Origin: an uncultured Chloroflexia bacterium
GTDB taxonomy: Bacteria > Chloroflexota > Limnocylindria > Limnocylindrales > CSP1-4
Direction: 5' to 3'
DNA: 64,000 nt
Assembly (NCBI GenBank): GCA_963720755.1
Contig: CAVRGP010000015.1
Span: 96,001 to 160,000, forward strand
Below, piece after piece: positions 40,593 to 52,684 of this stretch. The notes under the pieces were generated by a model that did no database searches, was not told the origin of the DNA, and saw nothing but the letters and a program-made list of their open reading frames with translations. The translations under genes and the position numbers were made by a program. Position 1 is the first letter of the stretch; each line of letters begins with the position of its first letter.

Positions 40593-42632
40593 ATGAGCCT
40601 CGTCGCATCAGCCACGCTCGATCCGCTCCGGCGCCGGATCCGGAGCGCCGCCTATCTGCGCAAATGGGTCGTCCTCGGGGCCTTGATCGGGGTGATCTCC
40701 GGCCTCGGTGCGGCCGCGTTCTTCCTCGCCCTCGAGCTGGCGACCAGGTTCTTCCTGGGTACCCTCGTCGGGTTCGAGCCGGCGACGCCGTCCGGTGAGG
40801 GTGGGGCCGGGATCGTCGATGTCGCTCGTCCCTGGCTCCTGCCTATCGTCGTTGGTCTCGGCGGACTGATCTCGGGGATCATCGTCTTCCGGTTCGCCCC
40901 GGAGGCCGAGGGTCATGGCACCGATGCGGCGATCGGCGCATTCCACCACGGTCCGAGGGGGATCCGGTCGCGGATCCCGTTCATCAAGCTGGTCAGCTCG
41001 GCGATCACGATCGGCTCTGGCGGATCGGGTGGACGTGAGGGCCCGACCGCCCAGATCGGCGCCGGGTTCGGCTCGTACCTTTCGAGACTGCTTGACCTCG
41101 ACGCGCGCGATGCTCGGATCGCGGTGGCATCCGGGATGGCGGCCGGGATCGGGGCGATCTTCCGCGCTCCCCTGGGTGGCGCCGTGCTCGGTGCCGAGAT
41201 CCCGTACCGCGAGGACGTTGAATCGGAGGCGCTGGTCCCGTCGTTCGTGGCGTCCGTCGTGGCGTTCTCGATCTTCGGTTCGATCATCGGGTTCGCCCCG
41301 ATCTTCGGAAAGGTCGGCGGGGCCGGGTTCGAGGACCCGCGTCAGCTGTTCTATTACGGGCTTATCGGGCTCGCTGCGGGCGTGGTCGGCCGGCTGTACA
41401 TCCGCAACTTCTACGGCCTGACCGCCCGGTTTCATGCATCGCCGATCCCGAGGATGATCCGGCCCGCCATCGGCGGTTTCCTCGTGGGTTGCATCGGGAT
41501 CGTTTTGCCGGGCGTGCTGGGGACCGGTTACGGCTGGGTGCAGGCGGGCCTGAGCCGGGAGACGTTGCTGGCCATCCCGCTCTGGGTGATCCTCATCCTG
41601 CCGTTCGCCAAGATCCTGGCCACGTCGCTGTCGATCGGCTCGGGCGGGTCGGGCGGCATCTTCGGTCCTGGCATGGTCGTCGGTGGGTTGCTGGGAGCGG
41701 GGATCTGGCGCCTGCTCGAGCCGATCGCTCCGTCCATCCCGCTCGATCCGGCCCCATTCGTCATCGTCGGGATGATGGCCCTGTTCGGCAGCGTCGCCCA
41801 CGCCCCGCTGGCGGTGATGCTGATGGTCGCCGAGATGACCGACAACCTGGCGATGCTGGCCCCAGCCATGATCGCCGTCGGACTGGCGACGCTGATCGTC
41901 GGCGATCGAACGATGTACCGAAGCCAGCTCCGCAGCCGGAACAATTCACCAGCCCACCGGTTCAGGTTTGCCCTGCCGCTGATGTCGTCCATCCCGGCCG
42001 GCGACGCCGCCCGGATCCCCCGGCTCATGCTCGATGCCGGGGATACGGTCGCCGACGCGATCGCGCGGCTCGAGGCAAGCGACGTTCCGGGGGCCCCGGT
42101 CGTCGATCGAGGAGGGGTGTACCGGGGGCTCGTCACCCCGGAGATCCTCGCAGCCGCGAAGGCGGATGCGAGATTGCGCGACGTGGCCGAGACGGGCCTG
42201 TCGATCTCCGCCTCCGACGGTCTCGATGATGCGCTCGGAAGCCTTGCCGACCATCACGCCGATTGGGCTCCCGTGGTCGGTGACGGGCGCCTGATCGGGA
42301 TCCTGTCGGCCCGCGATGTCATGAACGCCTATCGGACCGCGCTGGCCGGGAACGTCCGCCAGGTCCGCGGCCTTGGAAGCGGCGGGGTCCTGCTCGAATC
42401 GGATCTGCAGGAATCGTCGCCGCTCGTGGGCGTTTCCGTCGCGGCCGCGGCCTGGCCACCCGAGGTCGTGCTCGTCGCCATCGACCGCGGGGGCGCCCTG
42501 ATCGTCCCGCGCGGCGACGTCGTCCTCAAGGCCGGCGATCACATCTCGCTGCTCAGTGCTCCCGCCTCGGAAGTGCACGCCCGGGCGCTGCTCGGTGAGG
42601 CGGGCAGGGTCGACGTCGCCGCGGATCTCTGA
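40593..42632 (+). CDS. ClC chloride channel/antiporter with CBS pair and TrkA-C domain
   Basis: GHGTD, GREGP, FRAPLGG, GGIFGP; C-terminal IVPRGDVVLKAGD. Confidence 0.92.
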   Translation: MSLVASATLDPLRRRIRSAAYLRKWVVLGALIGVISGLGAAAFFLALELATRFFLGTLVGFEPATPSGEGGAGIVDVARPWLLPIVVGLGGLISGIIVFRFAPEAEGHGTDAAIGAFHHGPRGIRSRIPFIKLVSSAITIGSGGSGGREGPTAQIGAGFGSYLSRLLDLDARDARIAVASGMAAGIGAIFRAPLGGAVLGAEIPYREDVESEALVPSFVASVVAFSIFGSIIGFAPIFGKVGGAGFEDPRQLFYYGLIGLAAGVVGRLYIRNFYGLTARFHASPIPRMIRPAIGGFLVGCIGIVLPGVLGTGYGWVQAGLSRETLLAIPLWVILILPFAKILATSLSIGSGGSGGIFGPGMVVGGLLGAGIWRLLEPIAPSIPLDPAPFVIVGMMALFGSVAHAPLAVMLMVAEMTDNLAMLAPAMIAVGLATLIVGDRTMYRSQLRSRNNSPAHRFRFALPLMSSIPAGDAARIPRLMLDAGDTVADAIARLEASDVPGAPVVDRGGVYRGLVTPEILAAAKADARLRDVAETGLSISASDGLDDALGSLADHHADWAPVVGDGRLIGILSARDVMNAYRTALAGNVRQVRGLGSGGVLLESDLQESSPLVGVSVAAAAWPPEVVLVAIDRGGALIVPRGDVVLKAGDHISLLSAPASEVHARALLGEAGRVDVAADL

Positions 42633-42675
42633 CCGTCTCGCGTCGGTCGTCGCGCGACCGATCGTTCCCGGCGCG

Positions 42676-45195
<2,520 letters not shown>

Positions 45196-45221
45196 TCACC
45201 CGTCGTGTCGTTCGGAGAATC

Positions 45222-45254
45222 AAAAAGGCCGCAGCTCCACTTGGAACTGCAGCC
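45222..45254 (-). terminator. Intrinsic terminator within the metY leader
   Basis: GGCTGCAGTTCCA-AG-TGGAGCTGCGGCC-TTTTT. Confidence 0.88.
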
Positions 45255-45303
45255 CCGGGACCTCGTCTGTGGTCCCGCGCCCTGTGTCAGGTGCCGCGTG
45301 ACC

Positions 45304-45375
45304 TCAGACCCCATCCTCCGCACGGCGGGGCCGCCAACGCATACACATGTTCCAGGAGACTTGGGTGTGGGTCAC
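45304..45375 (-). CDS. Putative attenuation leader peptide MTHTQVSWNMCMRWRPRRAEDGV
   Basis: 23-codon ORF (GTG..TGA) between a TTGACG-N17-GACCAT promoter and the terminator; Met-Cys-Met cluster. Confidence 0.6.
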   Translation of the reverse strand: MTHTQVSWNMCMRWRPRRAEDGV

Positions 45376-45485
45376 GGTCCGCGCATGGTCGCCGAAGATC
45401 GGATCTGCGTCAATGGGCGCGACCGAATCGCAACCAACGACCGGGCGTCCTACGATGAGCGGGACCGATCGAACGAGGAGCACCG

Positions 45486-46487
45486 ATGACCGCCATCCCG
45501 CCGACCTTTCGCGCCTTCACCGCCAGGAAGACCGACGACCAGTTCGACCGTGGCGTCGTCGACTTCCATGAAGCGGACCTGCCCCCTGGCGAGGTCGAGA
45601 TCAAGGTCGGGTGGTCGAGCGTCAACTACAAGGACGGTCTGGCCACCCGGATCGACGGCAAGGTCGCCCGGATCAACCCGCTCATCCCGGGGATCGATCT
45701 TGCAGGCGAGGTGGTGTCGTCGACGGACCCATCGATCGAGGTGGGATCGACGGTGCTGTCGCACGGTTACGAACTCGGTGTCTCGCGTCACGGTGGGTAT
45801 GCGGCGTATCAGCGGGTGCCCGCCGAGTGGGTCGTGCCGCTCGCGCCCACGCTTTCCGCCCGGGATGCGATGGCCATCGGGACAGCCGGTTTCACCGCGG
45901 CGATGTCCGTCGTGGCGCTGGAGGAGCGTGGACTGGAACCAGGGTCCGGTCCCGTCCTCGTGACCGGAGCGTCCGGAGGCGTCGGCGGGACGGCCGTTGC
46001 GATCCTGGCCGATCGAGGCTATGAAGTGTGGGCTGCGACCGGGAAATCCGACGAGGCCGGTCGCCTCCGCAATCTCGGTGCGGCCGGGATCCTGACGCGC
46101 GACGAGGTGACCGCCGAGGGACGTCCGCTCGATCCGGAACGGTGGGCCGGCGCGGTGGACGCGGTCGGCGCCGCCACGCTGCCCTACGTGCTCCGGTCGC
46201 TCCGCGTCGGTGCGGCGGTCGCTGCATCGGGGAATGCGAGCGGGGTGAAGCTGGAGACGACGGTCTTCCCGTTCATCCTCCGGGGCGTCGCCCTGTTGGG
46301 GATGGATTCGGTCAACGTCGAGATCGGGCGTCGGAGGATGCTGTGGGATCGACTCGCGACCGACCTGCGCCCACGCGACCTGGGTGCGTACTGCACCGAA
46401 GTGACCCTTGAAACATTGCCCGAAGCGCTCGACGCGATCCTCGCCGGGGCGGCCCGAGGTCGCTGGATCGTCCGGGTCGGGGAGTAG
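45486..46487 (+). CDS. YhdH/AcuI family acryloyl-CoA reductase (MDR)
   Basis: SSVNYKD, PGID, IGTAGFTA, TGASGGVG, PFILRGVALLG. Confidence 0.9.
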   Translation: MTAIPPTFRAFTARKTDDQFDRGVVDFHEADLPPGEVEIKVGWSSVNYKDGLATRIDGKVARINPLIPGIDLAGEVVSSTDPSIEVGSTVLSHGYELGVSRHGGYAAYQRVPAEWVVPLAPTLSARDAMAIGTAGFTAAMSVVALEERGLEPGSGPVLVTGASGGVGGTAVAILADRGYEVWAATGKSDEAGRLRNLGAAGILTRDEVTAEGRPLDPERWAGAVDAVGAATLPYVLRSLRVGAAVAASGNASGVKLETTVFPFILRGVALLGMDSVNVEIGRRRMLWDRLATDLRPRDLGAYCTEVTLETLPEALDAILAGAARGRWIVRVGE

Positions 46488-46517
46488 GCGCGAAGCCGGG
46501 TCGGCGCCCGGGACCGG

Positions 46518-47333
46518 TTACACGATCTCGCCGCGGAGCTGGCTGATGGCGCGCAGGAGCGGGCGTTTCACCTGCTCCGGCGGGTAGTCGGGGAACGGCG
46601 TTTCGGCCAGGGCGTCGTCGACCGTCAGCTCACCGGCCTGGACACGTCGTGCCAGGCTTGCCAGCCCGGCGATCGCCGCGGCCTGGGCTTCGGCGAACGC
46701 CAGGTCGGCATGGTCTCCGTGACCAGGGACGACGACGTTGTCGACCATCTCGGCGACTCGGAAGGCGGTCTCCGGCCAGTCGATCGGGTAACCGTCGCCG
46801 AAGTACGGGACGTTGCCGCTCTCGAGCAGGTCGCCTACGAACAGGACTCCCGCGCCGGGCACCCGGACCACGATGTCATGGTCGGTGTGGCCGCGCCCCA
46901 GGAACCGCAACTCGACCCGACGCCCGCCAACGTCGATGTAGGCGGTTTCCGAGAACGTCCGGTCGGGTGGATCGATCACCACCTCCGGCAGATCGGCCGC
47001 GAGTTCCGGCTCGGTGGCGGCGATGTTCGCCCGGCGCGCCTCGCCCGTCCTGGCGATGAAATCGACGCAGCGTTCGTGGCCCCAGATCTGCGCAGGTCGG
47101 AAGACGTGGTTGCCATAGACGTGGTCGAAGTGACCGTGGGTATCCACGACGACCGACACCGGCGCCGACGTCAGATGTCGGAGATCGGACAGGATCTCCC
47201 GGGCCTGGACATGGGTCGAGCGCGTGTCGATCACCATGGCTTCGCCGTCACCGAGGACGAGGCCGATATTCTGGTCGTAGAACTCGTAGCGCCGCACGTA
47301 GACGCGATCGCCGATCTCCTCCCAGCCGGACAT
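46518..47333 (-). CDS. MBL-fold metallo-hydrolase
   Basis: THGHFDHVYGN, GHTDHD, GDLL, PGHG. Confidence 0.9.
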   Translation of the reverse strand: MSGWEEIGDRVYVRRYEFYDQNIGLVLGDGEAMVIDTRSTHVQAREILSDLRHLTSAPVSVVVDTHGHFDHVYGNHVFRPAQIWGHERCVDFIARTGEARRANIAATEPELAADLPEVVIDPPDRTFSETAYIDVGGRRVELRFLGRGHTDHDIVVRVPGAGVLFVGDLLESGNVPYFGDGYPIDWPETAFRVAEMVDNVVVPGHGDHADLAFAEAQAAAIAGLASLARRVQAGELTVDDALAETPFPDYPPEQVKRPLLRAISQLRGEIV

Positions 47334-47370
47334 GCCGGCATGGTAGCGGTCGTCACCCCGCGGACGCATC

Positions 47371-47399
47371 TTGACAAACTACTTAGTGGTCACTAAGTT
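47371..47399 (+). promoter_or_regulatory. Sigma70 promoter overlapped by TetR operator
   Basis: TTGACA-N17-TAAGTT; palindrome ACTTAGTG-GT-CACTAAGT 47381-47398. Confidence 0.85.
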
Positions 47400-47405
47400 A
47401 TCCCC

Positions 47406-48002
47406 ATGAACGCCGCATCCACGACCAGTCCCTCCCGCCATACCGCCGACGAGCGGCGCGACGAGATCATCGCCGCGGCGCTCCACGCCTTCGCGGAGGG
47501 TGGCTATACCGGGACGTCCACCGAATCGATCGCGCAGGCCGTCGGAGTGTCCCAGCCATACATCTTCCAGTTGTTCGGGACGAAGCGGGCCCTGTTTCTC
47601 GCGGTCGTCCGCCACGGATTCCAGCGGACCCGATCGGTGTTCCATGAGGCTGTCCGACGCCGACCAGGCGACGACCAGACCTGCAGCGTCCTGGAGTTGA
47701 TGGGCCACGCATATATGCGCCTTCTGTCGGACCAGGACCTGCTCCGCGTCCAGCTCCAGGCCTATGCCGCATGCGGGGACGATGACGTTCGTCAGATCGT
47801 CCGCGAGGAATTCGCCGCCATGTACATCGCCGTGAAGCACGACAGCGGCGCATCCAACGAGGAGATCCACCATTTCTTCGCGGAGGGGATGCTGCTCAAC
47901 GTCGCGGCCGCGCTCGAACTCGGTGGCGCGCCGGAGACCTGGTCGCTCAGCGGGTTGCTCGCGAAAGAAGGGCTCACCAAGCCGTCCGAAGGTGCCGCCT
48001 GA
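47406..48002 (+). CDS. TetR/AcrR family regulator
   Basis: FAEGGYTGTSTESIAQAVGVSQPYIFQLFGTK HTH. Confidence 0.93.
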   Translation: MNAASTTSPSRHTADERRDEIIAAALHAFAEGGYTGTSTESIAQAVGVSQPYIFQLFGTKRALFLAVVRHGFQRTRSVFHEAVRRRPGDDQTCSVLELMGHAYMRLLSDQDLLRVQLQAYAACGDDDVRQIVREEFAAMYIAVKHDSGASNEEIHHFFAEGMLLNVAAALELGGAPETWSLSGLLAKEGLTKPSEGAA

Positions 48003-48036
48003 GTCCATCGATCGGTCGTTTCTTTTTGCCCACAGT

Positions 48037-48054
48037 ACTTAGTGACCACTAACT
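48037..48054. promoter_or_regulatory. Second TetR operator
   Basis: ACTTAGTG-AC-CACTAACT, near copy of the first operator. Confidence 0.8.
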
Positions 48055-48073
48055 CAGCAAGGAAGGATGCCCG

Positions 48074-49513
48074 ATGACCCGCACTCGATCGAACGCACTC
48101 TGGACCTTCGTCGTGACCTCCATGGCGCTATTCATGGTCGCCCTCGACAATCTCGTCGTGACGACCGCCTTGCCGGTCATCAAGGCCGACCTCGGTGCCT
48201 CGCTGGCCGACCTGCAGTGGATGGTCAACGCCTACACCCTGACCTTCGCCGTGCTGCTCATCACCGGGGCCGCCCTCGGCGACCGGTTCGGCCGCAAGCG
48301 CGTCTTCCTGATCGGCATGGGGATCTTCATCGGGGGATCGGCGCTGGCTGCTCTTGCGCCTTCGACCGACATCCTCATCCTGGCCCGGGCGATCCAGGGC
48401 GTCGGCGGCGCGATCGTGACGCCGCTGACCCTGACCATCCTGTCGGCGGCGATGCCACCCGAGCGACGGGCGGTCGCCCTGGGCGCCTGGGGCGGTATCG
48501 CCGGCCTTGCGATCGCGATCGGACCGGTCGTCGGCGGCGCCATCGCCGAGGGCCTCGACTGGCACTGGATCTTCTGGCTCAACGTCCCGATCGGACTCGT
48601 CGTGTTGCCGCTGGCAGCTCGTCGGCTGACCGAGACCTACGGACCGGAAGGGCGCCTCGATATCCCCGGTCTCGGCCTCATCAGCGTCGGGCTTCTCGCC
48701 CTCGTCTGGGGTGTCATCAACGGCAACGATCTTGGATGGGGCAGCCCGCAGGTCGCCGGCGCCATCGCGGCCGGCATCTCCCTCCTCCTCGCCTTTGTCG
48801 CGTGGGAAGCTCGTCAGGTCCAACCGATGCTGCCGCTGGGCTTCTTCAGGAGCCGCGCCTTCAGCGCTGCCAATGCCGTGTCGCTGCTGATGTACTTCGG
48901 GATGTTCGGATCTGTCTTCCTGCTCAGCCAGTTCTTCCAGGTCGCCCAGGGGTACAGCCCGTTCCAGGCCGGTCTGCGAACCCTGCCGTGGACGGGGATG
49001 CCGATCGTCGTAGCACCGCTAGCCGGCATCCTGGCCGACCGGATCGGCGGGCGACCCATCCTGGCGGCCGGCATGGCCCTCCAGGCGGTCGCGCTGGGAT
49101 GGCTGGCCGCCGTCGTCACCCCGACCGTTCCGTACGAGGCGCTCGTCATCCCGTTCGTGCTCGCCGGGATCGGCATGGGTCTCTTCTTCGCTCCGATCGC
49201 CAACGTCGTCCTGTCGGCCGTCCGGCCGGAGGAAGAAGGCAAGGCTTCCGGTGCGACGAACACGATCCGCGAGGTCGGCGGGGTCTTCGGCGTCGCCGTC
49301 CTGGCCGCGGTCTTCAGCGCCAATGGCGACTACGCGACCCCGAGCGCGTATGTGGCCGGCCTTCAGCCCGCCATCGCGATCGGTGCGATCGTGGTGGGCT
49401 TCGGTGCGGTCGCCGCCCTGTTCATCCCGGCGCGGGCCGGGGCCAGGGCGGTCATGACGAGCCGTGATGACGAGCCAGTCGTGACCTCTTCTCCCCTGGG
49501 AGAACCTGCCTAG
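48074..49513 (+). CDS. DHA2 (EmrB/QacA) MFS efflux transporter
   Basis: LDNLVVTTALP, GDRFGRKR, GPVVGG, WIFWLNVPIG. Confidence 0.93.
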   Translation: MTRTRSNALWTFVVTSMALFMVALDNLVVTTALPVIKADLGASLADLQWMVNAYTLTFAVLLITGAALGDRFGRKRVFLIGMGIFIGGSALAALAPSTDILILARAIQGVGGAIVTPLTLTILSAAMPPERRAVALGAWGGIAGLAIAIGPVVGGAIAEGLDWHWIFWLNVPIGLVVLPLAARRLTETYGPEGRLDIPGLGLISVGLLALVWGVINGNDLGWGSPQVAGAIAAGISLLLAFVAWEARQVQPMLPLGFFRSRAFSAANAVSLLMYFGMFGSVFLLSQFFQVAQGYSPFQAGLRTLPWTGMPIVVAPLAGILADRIGGRPILAAGMALQAVALGWLAAVVTPTVPYEALVIPFVLAGIGMGLFFAPIANVVLSAVRPEEEGKASGATNTIREVGGVFGVAVLAAVFSANGDYATPSAYVAGLQPAIAIGAIVVGFGAVAALFIPARAGARAVMTSRDDEPVVTSSPLGEPA

Positions 49514-49574
49514 GCAGGGGCTCCCTGTCGGGATCGCAGGGTACGCGGCCAACGGGTTCGCGTACCCTGCCGTC

Positions 49575-50435
49575 ATGGCATCGATCGTCAGCCACGTCCG
49601 ATCCGGGGATGGCACCGACCTGCTCGTCCGTCACTGGCCGCCGGCCGGGGCCGGGACCGGAGTCGACCGCGTCGGCGGGGCCTGGGCCACGGTCCTGATC
49701 CTCCACGGCCTTGGTGAGCACTCTGGCCGGTACGAGGCCGTCGGCGCCCAGCTCGCCGGCGCCGGCCTGGATGTCACCGCCTACGACCAGCGAGGCATGG
49801 GTGGATCTGGCGGTCGACCGGGCGACGTCGACCGGTGGTCGCGCTACCACGACGACCTCGGGGAACGGCTGGCGGCCGTGCGGTCCGACGGCGCCGGACG
49901 TCCGGTCGCGATCTACGGGCACTCGGTCGGTGGACTCATCGCGGCCGGCTACCTGCTGTCCGAACGGCCGAAGCCGGACCTCGCCGTCCTGACCGCTCCG
50001 GCCCTGGATTCGACGATCCCGGGATGGAAACAGCGCCTGGCCGTCATCGTCGCCCGGTTTGCGCCGACGTTCCCGATCTCGAACGGGATACCGGGAGAAG
50101 CACGGTCGCGCGATCCGGAGGTCGATGCGAAGACGCTGGACGATCCGCTCTGCCTCAAGTCCAGCACGGCTCGATTCGGTGCGGAAGCGATCGCCGAGCA
50201 GAGGCGGGTCATGGCCACGGTCGGCGCCGGTTTCGGTATCCCGACGCTCGTCCTTCATGGCGAGGATGACCCGCTCATCCCGGTCGAGTCGTCCGAGGTC
50301 CTTGGCACGGCCCCGATGGTCGAGCGCCGGACCTATCCGGGCCTCCGCCATGAACTCCACAACGAGCCGGAAGGCTCAGCCGTCGAGGCCGAGATCGTGG
50401 CCTGGCTGCGGGAGCGTGCTACGCTGCAGGCGTAA
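49575..50435 (+). CDS. Alpha/beta hydrolase (lysophospholipase-like)
   Basis: HGLGEHSGRY, GHSVGG, HGEDD, HELHNEP. Confidence 0.9.
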   Translation: MASIVSHVRSGDGTDLLVRHWPPAGAGTGVDRVGGAWATVLILHGLGEHSGRYEAVGAQLAGAGLDVTAYDQRGMGGSGGRPGDVDRWSRYHDDLGERLAAVRSDGAGRPVAIYGHSVGGLIAAGYLLSERPKPDLAVLTAPALDSTIPGWKQRLAVIVARFAPTFPISNGIPGEARSRDPEVDAKTLDDPLCLKSSTARFGAEAIAEQRRVMATVGAGFGIPTLVLHGEDDPLIPVESSEVLGTAPMVERRTYPGLRHELHNEPEGSAVEAEIVAWLRERATLQA

Positions 50436-50440
50436 CCCGA

Positions 50441-50537
50441 ACATCGCCTCCGGGGAGCGCATCGAGCGCTGAGAGTGTGGCCGGCGCCACAGACCCGCGG
50501 AACCTGATCCGGTTCGTACCGGCGAAGGAAGCAGGCC
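50441..50537 (+). ncRNA. TPP riboswitch
   Basis: GGGGAGC..GCTGAGA..GACCC..GAACCTGATCCGG..TACCGGCGAAGGAA upstream of ykoE. Confidence 0.93.
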
Positions 50538-50609
50538 CGTCGAACCGTTCGACATCGTCCCCGATCGATCAGGCGGTGCTCGTCGGCTCGAGCGGAGGAT
50601 CACGGGACG

Positions 50610-51194
50610 ATGGCAACCACCACCACCAGCGACCCCGCGTCGGCGGTCGTGCCGGATACCCGATGGCGGACCCGCGACATCGTCGTGGCGGCGGTGATCG
50701 GGGTCGCCTTCGGGGTCGCCTTCGTCATCGTCGGCGGCATCTGGAAGGGCCTGGAGGTCCTCGGCCCCCTCCAGAATCTGTTCTACGGGATCTGGCTGCT
50801 GCCGGCGATCGTCGCACCGCTCATCATCCGCAAGCCGGGCGCCGCCCTGTTCGCCGAGATGGTGGCGGCGGGCCTGTCCTCGATCCTCGGCAGCGCCTGG
50901 GGCGTCGATACGCTTCTGTCAGGTTTCGTCCAGGGGGCGGCCGCGGAACTGGTCTTCGCCTTCACGCTGTACCGATCCTGGAACATGGCGGTCCTGGCCA
51001 TCGCCGGTCTGGCCAGCGCGGCTGCCGCCTACATCCACGATGTCGTGGTCTGGTACCAGGGATATGCCACGGACGTCCTGGTCGTCATCGCGATCTCCAT
51101 GGCGATCTCCGGCCTGGTGGTCGTGCCGATCCTGTCGGTCGCGCTCGTTCGAGCGATGCGCTCGACGGGCGTCCTGGATGGTTTCCCGACCTGA
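50610..51194 (+). CDS. ykoE: ECF S component (thiamine/HMP, YkoE-like)
   Basis: WRTRDIVV, IIRKPGAA, QGAAAELVFA; TPP-regulated. Confidence 0.88.
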   Translation: MATTTTSDPASAVVPDTRWRTRDIVVAAVIGVAFGVAFVIVGGIWKGLEVLGPLQNLFYGIWLLPAIVAPLIIRKPGAALFAEMVAAGLSSILGSAWGVDTLLSGFVQGAAAELVFAFTLYRSWNMAVLAIAGLASAAAAYIHDVVVWYQGYATDVLVVIAISMAISGLVVVPILSVALVRAMRSTGVLDGFPT

Positions 51195-51211
51195 GCGGCC
51201 CGGTCGCCCGG

Positions 51212-52684
51212 ATGGACCAGCCGGCAGCGATCCATGCCCACGACTTCGGGTATCGGTACGCAGGAAGCTCGTCTGCGGCCCTTGCCGGTGTCGATCTCGA
51301 TGTGCCGGCAGGGGCGTGCCTCCTCGTCGTCGGACCGTCCGGATCCGGCAAGAGCACCTTCGGATTGGCGCTCTCGGGGCTGATCCCCCGCGAGATCCCG
51401 GGGCACTGGACAGGGTCGCTGACGGTGGATGGCGTGGAGACGCGATCGTTCGACCCTGGCGCCCTGGCCGCGCGGGTCGGCCTTGTCTTCCAGGATCCAT
51501 CGCGCCAGATCGTCATGGATCGGGTCGGGGACGATACCGCCTTCGGGCTCGAGAACCGCGCCTGGACACCCGCGGAGATGCACCGACGCGTGCCCGAGGC
51601 ACTGACCGCGGTCGGACTGGCCGGGCAGGATCGCCGCTTTGCCCGAGCCCTGTCCGGTGGCCAGCAGCAGCGCCTCGCGCTGGCCGGCGTGTTGGCCGCG
51701 CGACCGGGGGTCCTCGTCCTCGACGAGCCGACCGCCAATCTCGATCCCGGCGGGGTGGCCGCGTTCGACGCGCGGCTGCGCGAGATCAGGACCGCTCGGA
51801 CCACGACGATCGTCCTCGTCGAACATCGGGCTGCCGTGGCCTGGCCAGCGGCGGACCTCGTCCTGGCCCTGGGGCGTGACGGGCGGCCGATCGCCGCAGG
51901 CCCGCCGACCGACATCCTGTCTCGCCATCGGGACCGCCTGGTGACGGAAGGAATCTGGCTGCCCGATTCGGACAGGCCGAGACCCGGTCGGCGGTTCGAC
52001 GGCGGTTCGGGCACTGACACCGGATCGGGAACGGACGACGTCCTGCGGGCGACCGGCGTCGTCTATGGCTATGCGCGCGAGGCGCCCGTCATCCGTGGGA
52101 TCGACCTGGTCGTTCGACGAGGGGAGCGCCTTGCTCTTGTCGGCCCCAACGGTGGCGGCAAGTCCACCCTCGCCCGGTTGCTCGTGGGCCTGCTTCGCCC
52201 GGACATGGGAGCGGTCCGACTGCTTGGCCGCGATCCGTCCAGGAGTCCCGGACCCGAGTTCGCCGACCTGGTCGGCTTCGTCTTCCAGGAACCGGAGCGA
52301 CAGTTCCTGACGAACCGGGTCCGCGACGAGATCGAACTCGGTCTGGATGCGGAGCGGGTCACCGGGGCGGAGGCGTTCATGGACAGGATCGGCCTGCCAC
52401 TCACGAGGTTCGGCGACCGCAGCCCGTATCGGCTGTCCGGTGGTGAGCAGCGACGGTTGTCCCTTGCCACGGCGCTCATCCGGCGACCGCGGGTGCTCGT
52501 CCTCGATGAACCCACGTTCGGCCAGGATCGACACGGGTACGAAACGCTGCTGGCCATCCTTCACGAGCACATCGCCGATGGGACAAGCCTCGTGCTGGCG
52601 ACCCACGACGAGCACCTGGTCGCCGAAGTGGCCGATCGCGTCGTGCGCCTGGAGGACGGGTTGCTCAGCGAGGACGGACGATGA
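51212..52684 (+). CDS. ykoD: ECF duplicated ATPase (YkoD-like)
   Basis: Two Walker A / LSGG / DEPT sets. Confidence 0.9.
   Translation: MDQPAAIHAHDFGYRYAGSSSAALAGVDLDVPAGACLLVVGPSGSGKSTFGLALSGLIPREIPGHWTGSLTVDGVETRSFDPGALAARVGLVFQDPSRQIVMDRVGDDTAFGLENRAWTPAEMHRRVPEALTAVGLAGQDRRFARALSGGQQQRLALAGVLAARPGVLVLDEPTANLDPGGVAAFDARLREIRTARTTTIVLVEHRAAVAWPAADLVLALGRDGRPIAAGPPTDILSRHRDRLVTEGIWLPDSDRPRPGRRFDGGSGTDTGSGTDDVLRATGVVYGYAREAPVIRGIDLVVRRGERLALVGPNGGGKSTLARLLVGLLRPDMGAVRLLGRDPSRSPGPEFADLVGFVFQEPERQFLTNRVRDEIELGLDAERVTGAEAFMDRIGLPLTRFGDRSPYRLSGGEQRRLSLATALIRRPRVLVLDEPTFGQDRHGYETLLAILHEHIADGTSLVLATHDEHLVAEVADRVVRLEDGLLSEDGR

Noticed and set aside
40593-42632. Fluoride-specific ClC-F exporter
   Set aside because: Has GREGP and lacks GNNLI/GREGT; no fluoride riboswitch seen
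45220-45400. SAM riboswitch or T-box upstream of metY
   Set aside because: No AUC.AGAG/GGCAACC SAM-I core or UGGNACC T-box bulge found by eye; an Rfam scan is still needed
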